From positions 62,001-126,000 of the forward strand of contig NIVC01002728.1 of the NCBI GenBank assembly GCA_002269645.1: DNA of 64,000 nt, given 5' to 3'. Positions 12,834-25,200 of the stretch are shown here, one piece after another; within the stretch, counting starts at the first letter, position 1; each line of letters begins with the position of its first letter. Under the pieces are notes generated by a model. That model saw only the letters and a list, made by a program, of their open reading frames with translations. It was not told the DNA's origin and did no database searches. Origin of the DNA: Macrostomum lignano (taxonomy: Eukaryota). A program made the translations under genes and the position numbers.

Positions 12834-15374
12834 TCTTGAATTTTTATTTAACTTTTAAGATCCAGTTTCTATAAAAAGATTAGGCCCAGGGCAAGACAAA
12901 ACCTAACAATAGCAAGCCAAGCAAAGGAGACAAATTCTTAATAACTTTGTGTTAAATAGGCCAAAATAGAAGACAGTGTCTGGCATAGAACTGTTTGATT
13001 GTCCTTGGCCTGGACTTATTTCTTTCAGATGCCTGTGGCTGTAGTAGGCCCTACTTACTTTACTACTTAACTTAGTGACTGACTAGAGTTAGAAACAAAA
13101 ACTGCAACAACTGTTGTTTTTTAGACCGCCTAGTTCAAAGGTCCAAAAAATGAGGCGAGGCCTAGCTATAAAATTTGCTAAAGCCTGACACTCGCAATAC
13201 AGAAGAATGCTCACATACGTAGATCAAGGCTGAAGCAATACTACTAAAGTGGAATTCTGTGAGCCGTGTGCAGACCGGAAAACTCATTTTCTTAGAAATC
13301 GTTTAGAACCTATTTAGTACAGTTTAACAAATTAATAGAACAAACTACGTAACATTCTTTAAACAAAAAACGTAAAACTGTTTTTTTTTACAAAAAAGTA
13401 AAAAAATTAAACAATTAGGGCACGCTAGCTTTAAAATACAGTACTTGAATCGTTCAGTCAGTCATCAGGGTGCTTGAATGCGTAGTTAGTTGCTTGGTCC
13501 GATCCCATTTTTTTATGTTTTTCTAAGTTGCTCTGGTCATTAGTAACAATTTTTATTTTCAGTTAGAACATGTAAGTAAATACGCAGCTCTCAGAGTGAT
13601 CGGAATGATATTGTTACGGTATATAAAAGTCACACGTGTGTATAGCCACAAGTGTCTATATAATTAATAATGCATGTAACCGTACGGTACACTGCATGTA
13701 CATGTTCACTCTGCCGCGGCATATAGCTAAGTTTCGCCACTTGCACAGATTGAGAGAGTTTTGAGTTGCACTCGCAATGTGGCGACCATATACGGAATTC
13801 TCCGTGATGGCGAATTTTCAATGTCTTCTGAGTATATGGTACGTTCTCCAGCTAGGTTTACGAGCATGGTACATACTGCTAGATTATTAGACTTATCATG
13901 AGAGACACAGCAAAATATTTAAATAAATGAATTTGCTCAATTTTGCTGAGGGAAGGCTATATACCCCTCAGAATTAAGAGTATAATTTTCTTTCAAGGGG
14001 GGGGGTGGGACACACCCCTAAAGAGAAAAAAGACTTCAAAAAAAACCTTTTGGCCGGGGGTACACATCTCCCGATCCCCCTCCCTATACATGTACGCCTG
14101 CACTGATTGTGCTTTCGGATTAAATATCGAGTGGAAACCGCGCTATGTATACGCCGCAAGATTACCTGGGTACGCGTAACTCCCGATTTTTTTTTATTTG
14201 CCCAAGGCCCTAAGCCAAACAAAATAATTACATACTCGTATTATGAGGATCAAAGACTGACAGCAGATGATCCTATTTCACGCATTTTAAGCACAAGATT
14301 TTTTACGCATTTTTACGCATTGTGTTCGGTGAACTCGATCTCAATCGTAGTAATGTTAAATTACATAATAATTTGTGTTATTTTAAAGTGGAGAACTTCA
14401 AGTAGGAAGCTTTCGATTATTTTGAAATTGCGTGTACAATTAAGGATCTGTTGTAGCTATGTGCGAACTTTGATCTTCTGTATGGGGTGAGTCAATTATA
14501 ATTGTGAGTAAGTTTATCAAACCAGATCAGTTCAGTTATTAAAAATATTTTCAGTTCAAAGATATAATATACCTGGGCAGCTACAGTGCTGCGGTGTCGC
14601 GCAGGGAGACCCGGTGGTGCCGGTGTCCGCAGCGCCGTCCCCTCTTGAGAGTCCAGAAGGTGGATGGTCGCTCACCCGCTGTAGTCCTGAGGTAGTGTGG
14701 ACGAGTTGGCTGAATTTTCGGGACTGAAGACGTCGTAATTGGGTCGGGTTTGAGCCGACTTAGATGAGCCTGTCCTGAGTAAAAACGGGTGTGTTTTTTA
14801 CCGCTGAGTAAAAAAGAGGGCCGATGTCGGGCAAAACAGCAAAGAAACGACGATGTCCCTGCGTTTGAGTCCAAGCAGAGCTCTATGGAAGTCCGGGGGG
14901 ATGAACGGGAACAGCCTCGCGGGAAATTTCCGGCAGTCGGGGGGTGTTAGCACAGATACCTACAAGAGAGCGATGCTCTATTTGCGATATCGATCCATCA
15001 GTCCATCCATCTTTCATTTAAATATCGTGCCAAGGACGACTTAAGTGGAAGGACGGGAAACCTCGTTTCTTAGGCACTTTTTCCCGAAAAAATACACTGC
15101 GGAGATAGGAAGTTTTCATTTTTTCAGCATAAAAATTCCTATAACTTTTGATAGGAGGCAGATCCAGTGTTCATCTTTTGATATGTTGTGCTTTTTTTAT
15201 TGCTCTATCGATATTTATAAAGCTTTCCGTTCAGAAAATTAGGATTCTATGTCAATTTTTTTTCTACGTATATTTTCATGTGTCTTGTGCTTGAAATACA
15301 TTAGAATGCCACGGCTTGGCTCTTTGGTTTTATGAGTCTATTTTATCCTTCTTACCTGACTGCATAGCAAATAT

Positions 15375-16070
15375 TCGTAACATCTCTAACTATAAAAATC
15401 AAAACTCTGTGTGTGTGTGTGTGTCTGTGTGTGGACAATTTTGATCGCTATGGACTCCCAAACCGCTCAACCAAATGACACCAAACTTTACACCCACCCT
15501 AAACTTACTACGGAGAATGTCTTAGGCTACCTTTTAATTTCCTAGACTCAAGTCTTCTTACCTAAAAGTACAAAAAACTGCTCAAAATGCGCGATTTTTT
15601 CACTTAATCCTCCATAGCGCCGCTCCACTTCTACTGATTCTCTTCAAATTTGACACAGGCAATTTTCAACTATTTTGACACAATCGTGTAAAATTTCAAA
15701 TCTCAAAGTTAATCCTGAAAAGCCGCTGTGCACTTTTAAAGTTAGGCTGTTTTTTTCAGCGAGGCAGCCACCCCAACCTCCGCCCGCCTGCCTCTCTTTC
15801 CCGATCTGGGCAAAGGGTGTGAATAGGTTTTAAAATGCCTAACTTTCGGCTGCCATAGTTTTGCTCCACGTGAAGCGATTGACTTTAAATTTGACACAAT
15901 TCTTTATTGACTCATTCTCTGCCTACATGTAAAGTCTCAACTCTGTATCTCAATCAGGACAGAAACTGTAAGCATGTGAAGTTTGTCTGCTTTTTCTGTT
16001 GTTTGTGCCACTCACTCACTCATTCCCTTAGAGCCAGACGAAGGGTCAGGCGATAGGACTGAATGTACAT
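15375..16070 (+). mobile_element. Possible Helitron/Helentron-derived non-autonomous repeat
   Basis: TCTCTAACTATAAAA start followed by a (TG)n microsatellite resembles DINE/HINE-type layout; ends uncertain. Confidence 0.3.
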
Positions 16071-16135
16071 AGCAAATGTAAAGTGTTTTGGAATAACTTT
16101 ATTTATAGCCTTCTCTGCACCCCGAGAGTGGAGAG

Positions 16136-16520
16136 CATAGATAAAGTATACATAGATTCCACCCCTGCCCCCGCGGAGTGTCTAAATTGTGACCATCACT
16201 TTATTCACTGCGCTCCTATTGGCTGGGCCACGCTATGCACATTGAGTCCACGTGTGTACATTCCCCCAACTCCGGAACACTTGCGTGTCGACTTCATTCT
16301 TGCTAAACTGTTGAAACTGGTAAGACATCCTTTCGTTCCGCGCATTAAAGTTATAAAGCTTTCTTGTGTGGAAGGGGTGAGGGAATGAAATCGAAGGGGT
16401 TGAAAGGAAGGCTTTCGCGCCAGCCAATGAGAGCACGGTGAGTTTTATGGTGGTCAAAGTTTGGACACGAGCGTGTGTACATTCTGGGCAGGGGTGGAAT
16501 CTATGTATACTTTATCTATG
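16136..16520. mobile_element. 385-bp hAT-type MITE (35-bp perfect TIR, 8-bp TSD) nested in the 4-kb element
   Basis: CATAGATAAAGTATACATAGATTCCACCCCTGCCC at 16136-16170 and its reverse complement at 16486-16520; TSD GTGGAGAG. Confidence 0.93.
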
Positions 16521-16932
16521 GTGGAGAGGCTACGTTTAGCCATAACAGTTTAGTGAGAAATTCTAACCACTGCCCTCCCCTCTGTATTGGCAAACTCTGC
16601 AGCAGTTTAACAGTGGATGGCAATTGGCAAATCGAGGCAATCCAGCATGGTTTGTAAAAGCGAAATATTTATGAAAAGGCGATGCGATGCAATGAAATAC
16701 AACCCTACTAAATTAGGCACACCATGGAAATTTTAAGTTTCTCTTAAAAGTACTTTGAAATTTAAATGGCCTAAGAAATGCTTATTTCCTTGGTTGTTAG
16801 ACTGATGCAGACTGCAGTGGAGCTGAAGATACACAAATTCCTTTCAGGGCTGCAAATTGGCAAGAAAGATGACGTGATCAAAGCATGAGAATAACGATGA
16901 GAGTAGTACGTCCCACAAACTGGCTTTCGAAG

Positions 16933-18466
16933 CAGGGATCGGCAGACTTTTACTTCAAAAGCCAGATAAAGAATCCAGCTTATGTGCGGGCCAGATGAGA
17001 GAGGAAAGGAGAAGGAATAGACTATTAGAAGAGAGGAGAGGCGAGAGGGGGATAAGAGAAAACATGGAAGATAAGAGGAGAGACAAGTGGTGAGGAGAGA
17101 GCAGAGAAGAAGGGAGGAAGAAGCGAGAGGAGGGGAGAAAGGAGGGAGAGGAGGTGTAGAGAGGAAGAGTAAAGGTGAGAAGAGGGGAGAGATGAGACAG
17201 AGGATCGATGAGAGGAGAGTAAAGAAGAGTGAGAAGAGAGTAGAGATGAGAGAGCAGAAAGAAGATGACAGAGGGTCAAGAGGAGAGGAGAGAGTAGAAA
17301 GGATAGAGAAGAGAGGAGATAAGAGGGGGAGAGAGGAGTGAGAAGAGAAGAGATAGAGATAAGAGAGGGGTGTAAGAAGAGGGGAGAAAGGAGAGATGAG
17401 ATTGTAGAGATGAGACAAATGAAAGGAGAGATGAGAGAGTAAAGATGAGAGATGAAAAAAGGTGAGAGGAGAGTGCAGAGAGACGAGAGAAGATAATAGA
17501 GGAGAGAGAGTATAGAAGAGGGAAGAGAAAAGAAGAGAGGAGTAAGGAAAGAGAGGAGTCAGAAGAGGTGAAAGAGAATAGTACAGAGGAGATAAGTGAG
17601 ATTACGTATTAGAGAGTAAAGATGACAGATGAGAAGGCAGAGATGAGGGTGAACAGACGAGAGATGGGAGAGTAGAGAGAACAGAGGAGAGATAAGAGAG
17701 AAGAGATTACAGAAACTAGAGGAGAGAGGAGAGACAGGGAGAGAGAAGAGGAAATAGGAGAATGAAGAGGGGAGAGAGTAGAGAGGAGAAGAGAGATGGG
17801 AGAGGAGAGAGGAGAGAGAGAGAGAGAGAGCGCAGAGCAGAGAGAAACGAGAAGAGATAAGAGAGAAAAGATAAAAGAAGAGAAAGGAGAGATAAAAACG
17901 CAGACAAGAGAGAAGAGAGGTGAGGGAAGAGACGAGTGACGAGGGGAGAGAGAAGAGATAAAACAAGAAAAGAGATGAGAGTTAAGAGAAGAGAGGAAAG
18001 AATAGAGAGGAGAAGGAAGAGACGAGAGAAGAGGGAGAGAGAGGAGAGAGAGGAGAGAGAGGAGAAGAGAGAAAACTAAAAAGTAGAGAGGAGAGAGGAG
18101 AGAGGAGAGGAGAGAGAAAAGAAAAGGGAAGAGATGAGATAAGAGATATGAAAGAGAAGAGAGATGAGGGAAGATACGAAAGAAGATAGGAGAGAGGAGA
18201 GGAGAGAGAAAACGAAAGAGTAGAGAGGAGAGAGGAGAGGAGAGAGAAAACGAAAAGTAGAGAGGAGACAGGAGAGAGGAGAGAAGAGAGAAGAGACAAG
18301 AGATAAGAGAGATGAAAGAGAAGAGAGATGAGGGAAGATATGAGAGAAGAGAGAGGAGAGACGAGGGACGAGAGAGAAGAGAGGAAACAGAAGAGACGAT
18401 AGAAATTTTAAAGGATCCAAGGGACATAGGGAGAGTCAGGGAGAGGCCAGAGTTTGCCAATACATG
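16933..18466. mobile_element. hAT/Charlie-like element enclosing a ~1.4-kb GA-rich polypurine tract
   Basis: Ends CAGGGATCGGCAGACTT / AGTTTGCCAATACATG; interior 17020-18440 almost purely A/G; TSD degenerate (5/8 match). Confidence 0.55.
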
Positions 18467-19210
18467 TTTTAGAGTCAGACAGACATTGCCTGACATTCTG
18501 TGAAGTAACCCAGCCAACAATATCAATGTTTGCTTCAAATCCTAATTTTACACGAATGTGCTCCATTTTATGTCTACCTCTATCCTACTAACTATTAACA
18601 AGTTTTTGTTTGTGTATGACCTTAGATTTCAGAATACATGCAAAAGTAGTTCCGGGGATTGGAATTCCCCGGGTTCAAAATCCGCGGGTTTCAACAGCTT
18701 GTAGATGATAAAATAGATTCATAAAACCAAATATTAGAGCTGTGTCATGCATTTTTGTGATTTTCAGATACAGGAAATATAAGTAGAATAAAAAATAAAC
18801 ATAGAAATCTAATTTTCTGAATGAAAAGCTTTATAAATATCGATAGAGCAATAAAGAAAGCACAACATATCAAAAGATGAACACTGGATCTGCCTCCTAT
18901 CAAAAGTTATAGCAATTTTTGTGCTGAAAAAATGAAAATTTCCTATCTCCGCAGTGTATTTTTTCGGGAAAAAGTGCCTTCAAAAATTTTCTAAGAAACG
19001 AGGTTTCCCGTCCTTCTACTTAAGTCGTTCTTGTATCGTGCGTCTACGCCTATTTCTGATCTATTTCTGTCAAAAATGCCCATGTCTATGGCCAAACCTA
19101 CACGCCGCTCTTTCAGGCCAAAGTATTTCGATTTTCAGATACACACTTTGATTGCAAGACAAGCACTGGGAAGTTCAACGGACATTGAAAAAATTCATCA
19201 CGCTGGTTGG

Positions 19211-22200
19211 ATGAGACTGTTGAGTCTTCGCATGCCAGGCTTTCTGCTTCTACAACTTCTGTTCCTTCTATTTTCCTGCGAAATCCGTGCAGCAATACTT
19301 GATGAGCGTGGTTTATTTTGGTCACGGGAAGAATGTTATCGCAGAATTAATCCAGATAACACCAATGAAGGTAAGATTCCACACTGTGTACGGGCTTTGT
19401 TCGAGCTAATTAAATACACATTTCTTATATGTTCCAATTTTGGGGCCAATGAGAGCATTTTTCGATATTAAAATTGCTTGTTCAACTGTCTGGTTTATAG
19501 CACTCCAGCTCTGTCGCACAATTAGACTTATCAGATCCTCGGTTGGTGAGCCACCCTCAGAGATCCTCAGTTGCGAGGCCACCCTCCCAGATGCTCAGTT
19601 GCTGGGCCAGCCAGCCTCCAAGATCCTCAGTAGCTAGGCTACCCTCCCAGATGCTCACTTGCTGGGCCACCCTCCCAGACCCTCAGTTGCTGGGCCACCC
19701 TCCCAGACCCTCAGTTGCTGGGCCACCCTCCCAGACCCTCAGTTGCTGGGCCACCCTCCCAGACCCTCAGTTGCTGGGCCACCCTCCCAGACCCTCAGTT
19801 GCTGGGCCAGCCTCCCAGATCCTCAGTTGCTGGCCAGTCGCCCAGATCCTCAGTTGCTGGGCCAGTCGCCCAGATCCTCAGTTGCTGGGCAGCCAGCCTC
19901 CCAGATCCTCAGTTGCTGGGCCAGCCTCCCAGATCCTCAGTTGCTGGGCCAGCCTCCCAGATGCTCAGTTGCTGGGCCACCCTCAGAGATCCTCAGTTGC
20001 TCGGCCACCCTCTCAGATGCTCAGTTTCTGGGCCACCAGCCTCCCAGATCCTCAGTTGCTGTGCCGGCTTTCCAGATCTTCACTTTTTGCCGAAAATACA
20101 CTACGGAGATAGATGTAGGAAGTTTTCATTTATTTGGCACAAAAATTTTATTGCTTTTGATAGGAGGCAGACCCAATGTTCATCTTTCGAAATGTTGTGC
20201 ATTTCTTATGGCTTAATTTATTGATACATTTCATAAAACTTTTCGATTAGAAAATTAGCGAGTCTTTTTTATAAATTTTTTCTTAATAAAAAAGAAAGCA
20301 TGTCTTTACGAAGTATGAGACATGCAAATGAACGTAGAATAACAATTGAAAATTGAATCCTAACTATCAGAACGAAAAGTTTTATGAATCTCAATGCTAA
20401 TGGAGCTATAAGAAAGTCACAACATGTCAAAAGATGAACATTGCGTCTTTCTTCTATCGAAAGCAATAACAAATATTGTGCTGAAAAAAATTAAAACCTC
20501 ATATCTCTGTAAGGTATTTTTCAGCGAAAAGTAGCCTTCAAAACATTTTACATAGATTTCAAGTGTTGCGTCCTTCTGCTTTAGTAGTCCTTGGGCTCAC
20601 CCTTCCAGATCCTTAGTTAAAAAGTAATGCTTATTTAAAAGTAGTAAATAATTTTTACATGTAGCAACAACACTTGATCACGCTTCGCAGAGCGTCTGTA
20701 TCTGGAAAATTGTGCTCAGCGCTCCGACAGCGGCCACTGCAGTCTCGCTATTGACAACCAGATCATACAAGAGTGGACTCAGTGCTCGTCTACGGCTGTA
20801 GAGCCGCATCCGTGGTGGAGGGTAATGAATTGGATTCACTTATACTAACTTTGTCAAGAACTTTAGCCGAACTGTAACCTATAACTTCCAGGTTGAAACC
20901 CAATAGGGGAGGGGGCCAGCCTATTGGGGGGGGGGGGTTGGCCAACCCTCCACAATAGGGGAGGGTTGGCTATTTAATTTTCATGCTGAATGCATGAAGA
21001 TTGGTCGCCCACCTCCGGCCCCTAGTCACCAGGGCCAGGTGCCAACGGTGTCGCCGTCAACTTGACAGAGCGGCAAACAAAGATGGCGACCCATAGAGGA
21101 CGGCGGAGTGTGCACAGCTGTGAACGCCGACGCACACGCTTTAATGCCCAACGCAATGCACTGCGCACTGCTGCCCGCCAGCTCAAACAGGACTCGCGGC
21201 CTGCCCAGCAGGAGCCTGCTAGAGGACTGGACACATTATCCTCCCCAGTCCCCCGCACTGCACCCGCTAGCAGAACAATCGAGAAATTTGAAAGTCAAAA
21301 CCAGCTTGATAACTGCACAAGACTTGCTACCTTCAACGCTCGAACGCTCACTGCCTCCTGGAGACTGCATGAGCTAACCAAGCTGGCAAAGAGCATGAAC
21401 ATCTCCATTCTGGCTGTCCAAGAACACCGCAGGAGCACCGAAGAGTGCGTTGATCCAGGCCTTGGCTGGCAGTTCCGAGCCGCTCCAGCCTCAGCCCAGG
21501 GCTCTGGAGGCATCGGGTTTCTGCTGTCACCTGGTGCCTCAAGGGCCCTTCTGAATGTCAGCTTCCCAACCAACCGCCTCGGCATTGCCTCTTTTGCCAC
21601 GAAGGACAGGCGCCTTCATGTAATCTGCGTCTACGCCCCCACAGCTCCTCGCACAGCTGCTGATCCTACCGAGACTGAGTCAATGTATGACCACCTGGGA
21701 TCACTCATCAACTCGGTCCCTGATCGCGACCTGCTTTTTGTGGCTGGAGACTTCAACGCGCCACTGTCCCCTGACGGCCGTCTGGTGAAGAACAACTGCG
21801 GCTCCACCAACACCAACTCGGACTTCCTGTCAACTTTCATTCACTCTCAAGACCTGATTGCAGCCAATGGTGTCATGCGGCAGCGGTACAACAAGCTACC
21901 CACCTTCTTCGGCCCAAATGGACGGACCACCAGGCTGGACTGGATTTTGTTCCTATCGGCAATCAGGTCTTGACTGCGCAAAGTGGTCAATATCCGCCCC
22001 AGCTGCGTGAGGTCCGACCATTCTCTGCTGGCCTGCGACATCGACTGCCGTTGGAAAAAGTTCAAGGCTGGCCCACCGCACCCCCTCTGGGCAGATCTGA
22101 GAAACCCAGACACGCGCAGTGCGTTCATTGAAAAGCTGCAAAATACTCCGGCCCTGAATGAATCGGCGGACGCCTTCACCAGAGCTGTTGAGAAAGCTGC

Positions 22201-25200
22201 CTCGACCCTACCAAAACGAACACCGCACCAGCCAAAAGCCGTCTGGGACTCCGACGAGGAGATCTCCATCGCTAGGCGCGACGTGCAAAGAACAACCGCA
22301 GTCTTTGGCCAAGACAGTGAGCAGGCTGAAACAGCCCGGGCCCAACTTCGCGACACGCATGCCCGGAGGACCGAAGCCTTTGTCCAGGAGGCTGTTGCTG
22401 AGATTCAACTAGCAACAGACAACTGCCGGCACACAGCGGCCTGGCGCGCCATCAACCGCCTGACTGGCAGGAAGCAGAGGGCCAATGCCACTGTAGGTGC
22501 TGAGTCCATACACCATCGCAAAGCCCTGCTGGCCACTCACTACCACAATGTGCTCAACGCCCCACCACCCTCTGCTGATTTGCTACCGATCGAAAACTTT
22601 ACCCCGGCTGAGCCCTCGACTTTTAACCCCGGCCCGCTGACTGCCTACGAGGTGAACCGAGTGCTCAGAACCATGTGCCCCGACGCTGCCGCCGGAGTAG
22701 ATGGCATTCCACCCAGGGTGCTCAAGCTGCCAGAGCTGACACAGGACATCACAGCTGTGCTCAACAAGCACTGTCCGCTTGGAGGCAACCCAGATGCTAC
22801 TGCTGCTGACAACTGGCGCACCTCTAAGATCGTCTCCATCCCCAAGAAGGGCGCATCCACCAGTCTGGACAACCAACGCGGCATCGCTCTGGAATGCACT
22901 CTGGCTAAGCTGCTCAATGCTATACTGCGTAATCGGCTGCTTCCTGGCCTCAACCAAATGATTCTGAGCCTCCAAAGTGGCTTCAGGCCCGGTCGCTCGA
23001 CAACAGAGCAGATTGCAGCCTTTCGAGCAGTCGTCGAGGCCTGTAAAACTCACCAAAGAGCTGTGTCAATTGTCTTTGTGGACTTCCGCAAAGCTTTTGA
23101 CTCAGTGTGCCGTCGAGCGATCGCGTGGCTGCTCGAGCACTATGGCGTCCCTCCGGCTCTTATCGTTGCAGTGATGGACCTCTACACCAACAGCAAAGCC
23201 TTTGTCCAAACCAGCGATGGCCCAACTGAGGACTTCTGCACCAGCTCTGGAGTCCTCCAAGGTGACACGTTGGCTCCACTGCTCTTCATCCTTGTCGTCG
23301 ACTACGTGCTGCGCCGAAGCCTCACAGAGGAGGACAGCTACCTGCTGGCGTCACGCCGGAGCTCCCGCCGCGGTGCTGCCCCTTTGCCCGCCCTCGCGTA
23401 CGCCGACGACATCGCCCTGCTGTGCCGCAGTCCGGCTGCCGCCCAGAGAGCGCTCTTGAGACTCTATGAGGAGAGCGCCCGAGTCGGACTGCAAATCAAC
23501 GCACGCAAGACGGAAGTGCTGCACGTGGGCACCGATGCAGCACCAATCCTGACCCTACCAGATGGACAAGTCATTTCTGCCTGCAGAGACTTCCGGTACC
23601 TGGGCTCCCTCGTGATGAGCCCTGACTCCATCATCGCCGACCGGAGGTCACAGGCCTGGCGCGCGGCTCATCTCCTCAGGGAGGTCTTCAGCTCAGCTGC
23701 CAACGACGACCTGAAGATGCGCCTGTTCCGCGCTGCCGTAGAGCCAATCTTCCTGTACGGACTGGAGGCAGTGCCAATGACCGACTCGAGGTCTCGAGCC
23801 CTGGACGCTGCCTACCGATCGCTGCTGCGGTTCGCCCTTGGCATCCATTACCCAGAGCGGCTGCCGATGGACCAGCTGATGGCGAGAGCCCGTGTGCCTC
23901 AGCTCAGTGCCACTCTCCAGCGGCGCCGGCTAATGCTCGTCGGCCACTGCCTCCGCAGCTACGGCAGAGGGGAGCAAAATCCCGCTGGCGCTAACCCTGC
24001 TGCATCAGCCAACCGAGCGTCTCCGACGGGGCCAAGGCCGGACCGCCACGCTGACCGCCACGCTTGAGTCTGACCTTCAAGCCATTAACCTGACCCCACA
24101 ATCTGCCACAAACTGTCCTTCTCGTCTTTTCTGCGAGCGCGTGCGCGCAAGACGCCCACCATAATATCTTTGCGTCCTTATATATATATAGGGGAGGGGG
24201 GAAGTATCCTTAGCCAACAGAAGCACAAAAAAATGAATAGGACTCCTGGTCCCAGACCCTGGCTTTTGTAGACCATGTCTACTGCAGAAGTAAGATTGAG
24301 GCTCCGGAAGAGCCAGTCGCTTTTATATATTTAGCGAGCACCGTACGCAAGCCACAAAGACCCTCGAGGGTCTCTCATACATGTACGCAAACCAAAAGGG
24401 TAAAAGGAAAGGAAGGAAGGAACAGCAAGCAAGCAATGGGTGACGCATCGCGATAATGAACATTCCTACCCCACTTCCCCCAACCCCCTCTCACCAGAGC
24501 ATATTCCCAGGCTAGCCATGCAGTCCACTAAACAAAAAATACGTGGCTAGCCAGGTGGCTCCACCGTGGGTCCACCTTGGCTAGCCCTTGCACCCGTGGA
24601 CTCGGGGAATCAAATGAGTGAGTCAGACAGTTTCCCACGCTAAAAATAGCTTGTTAACGGGACCCAGCCAGGCGGCTGTGGAGAAGCAGACGCCAGAACT
24701 CGTATTGGTTGGCAAGATACATGGCACTAATTCAAAAAAAAAAATTTTTTTTTGGCTCCATCGCGTGAGAACTAAATGCGAGAAGTAAGAGTCTTGCCAG
24801 GGCGCTAAAATTGGCGCCCAAAGGCTGAAATTGGCGCCGGTATATTAAAATCGGCGCCAAAAAGTAGCAAGCTGATATATGCTGCCACTTCTACGCCCGT
24901 TGGCACATTCCGGCGCTGATTCGGCGATCCTGGCGCCAAATTGGGGATCCTGGCGCCAAATTGGGGATCCTGGCGCCAAATTTAGCTTCCGGCGCCAATT
25001 CGACCTTTCCCGCGCCAATTTGAGCTCTCCAGCGCTAGTTTGAGCTTTCCAGGGCTAGTTTGGGTCCTCTCGAGCTGATTTCAGCATTCCAGCGCTGATT
25101 CGGCGATCCTGGCGCCAAATTGGGGATCCTGGCGCCAAATTTAGCTTCCGGCGCCAATTCGAGCTTTCCCGCGCCAATTTGAGCTCTCCAGCGCTAGTTT

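Larger units (their letters stand above)
15031..19033. mobile_element. Non-autonomous hAT-like DNA transposon (4.0 kb, ~215-bp TIRs, 8-bp TSD)
   Basis: TIRs CAAGGACGACTTAAGTGGAAGGACGGGAAACCTCG / CGAGGTTTCCCGTCCTTCTACTTAAGTCGTTCTTG. TSD TATCGTGC at 15023-15030 and 19034-19041. The paralogous site near 42185 is empty. Confidence 0.88.

Noticed and set aside
14578-14790. 7SL/SRP RNA or hammerhead ribozyme
   Set aside because: No Alu-domain or SRP54-binding motifs and no CUGAUGA..GAAA core on either strand.
19543-20224. Long repetitive ORFs (also 16771-18538, 32477-32990, 39232-39583, 43670-44357, 54845-55153, 63393-63722)
   Set aside because: They are translations of minisatellites or GA tracts, open in several frames and mostly inside introns or mobile elements; not credible proteins.
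20990-21095. Canonical HDV-like ribozyme at the LINE 5' end
   Set aside because: P1', P1.1 GG and J4/2 could not be placed in the required order; kept only as a structured 5' region.
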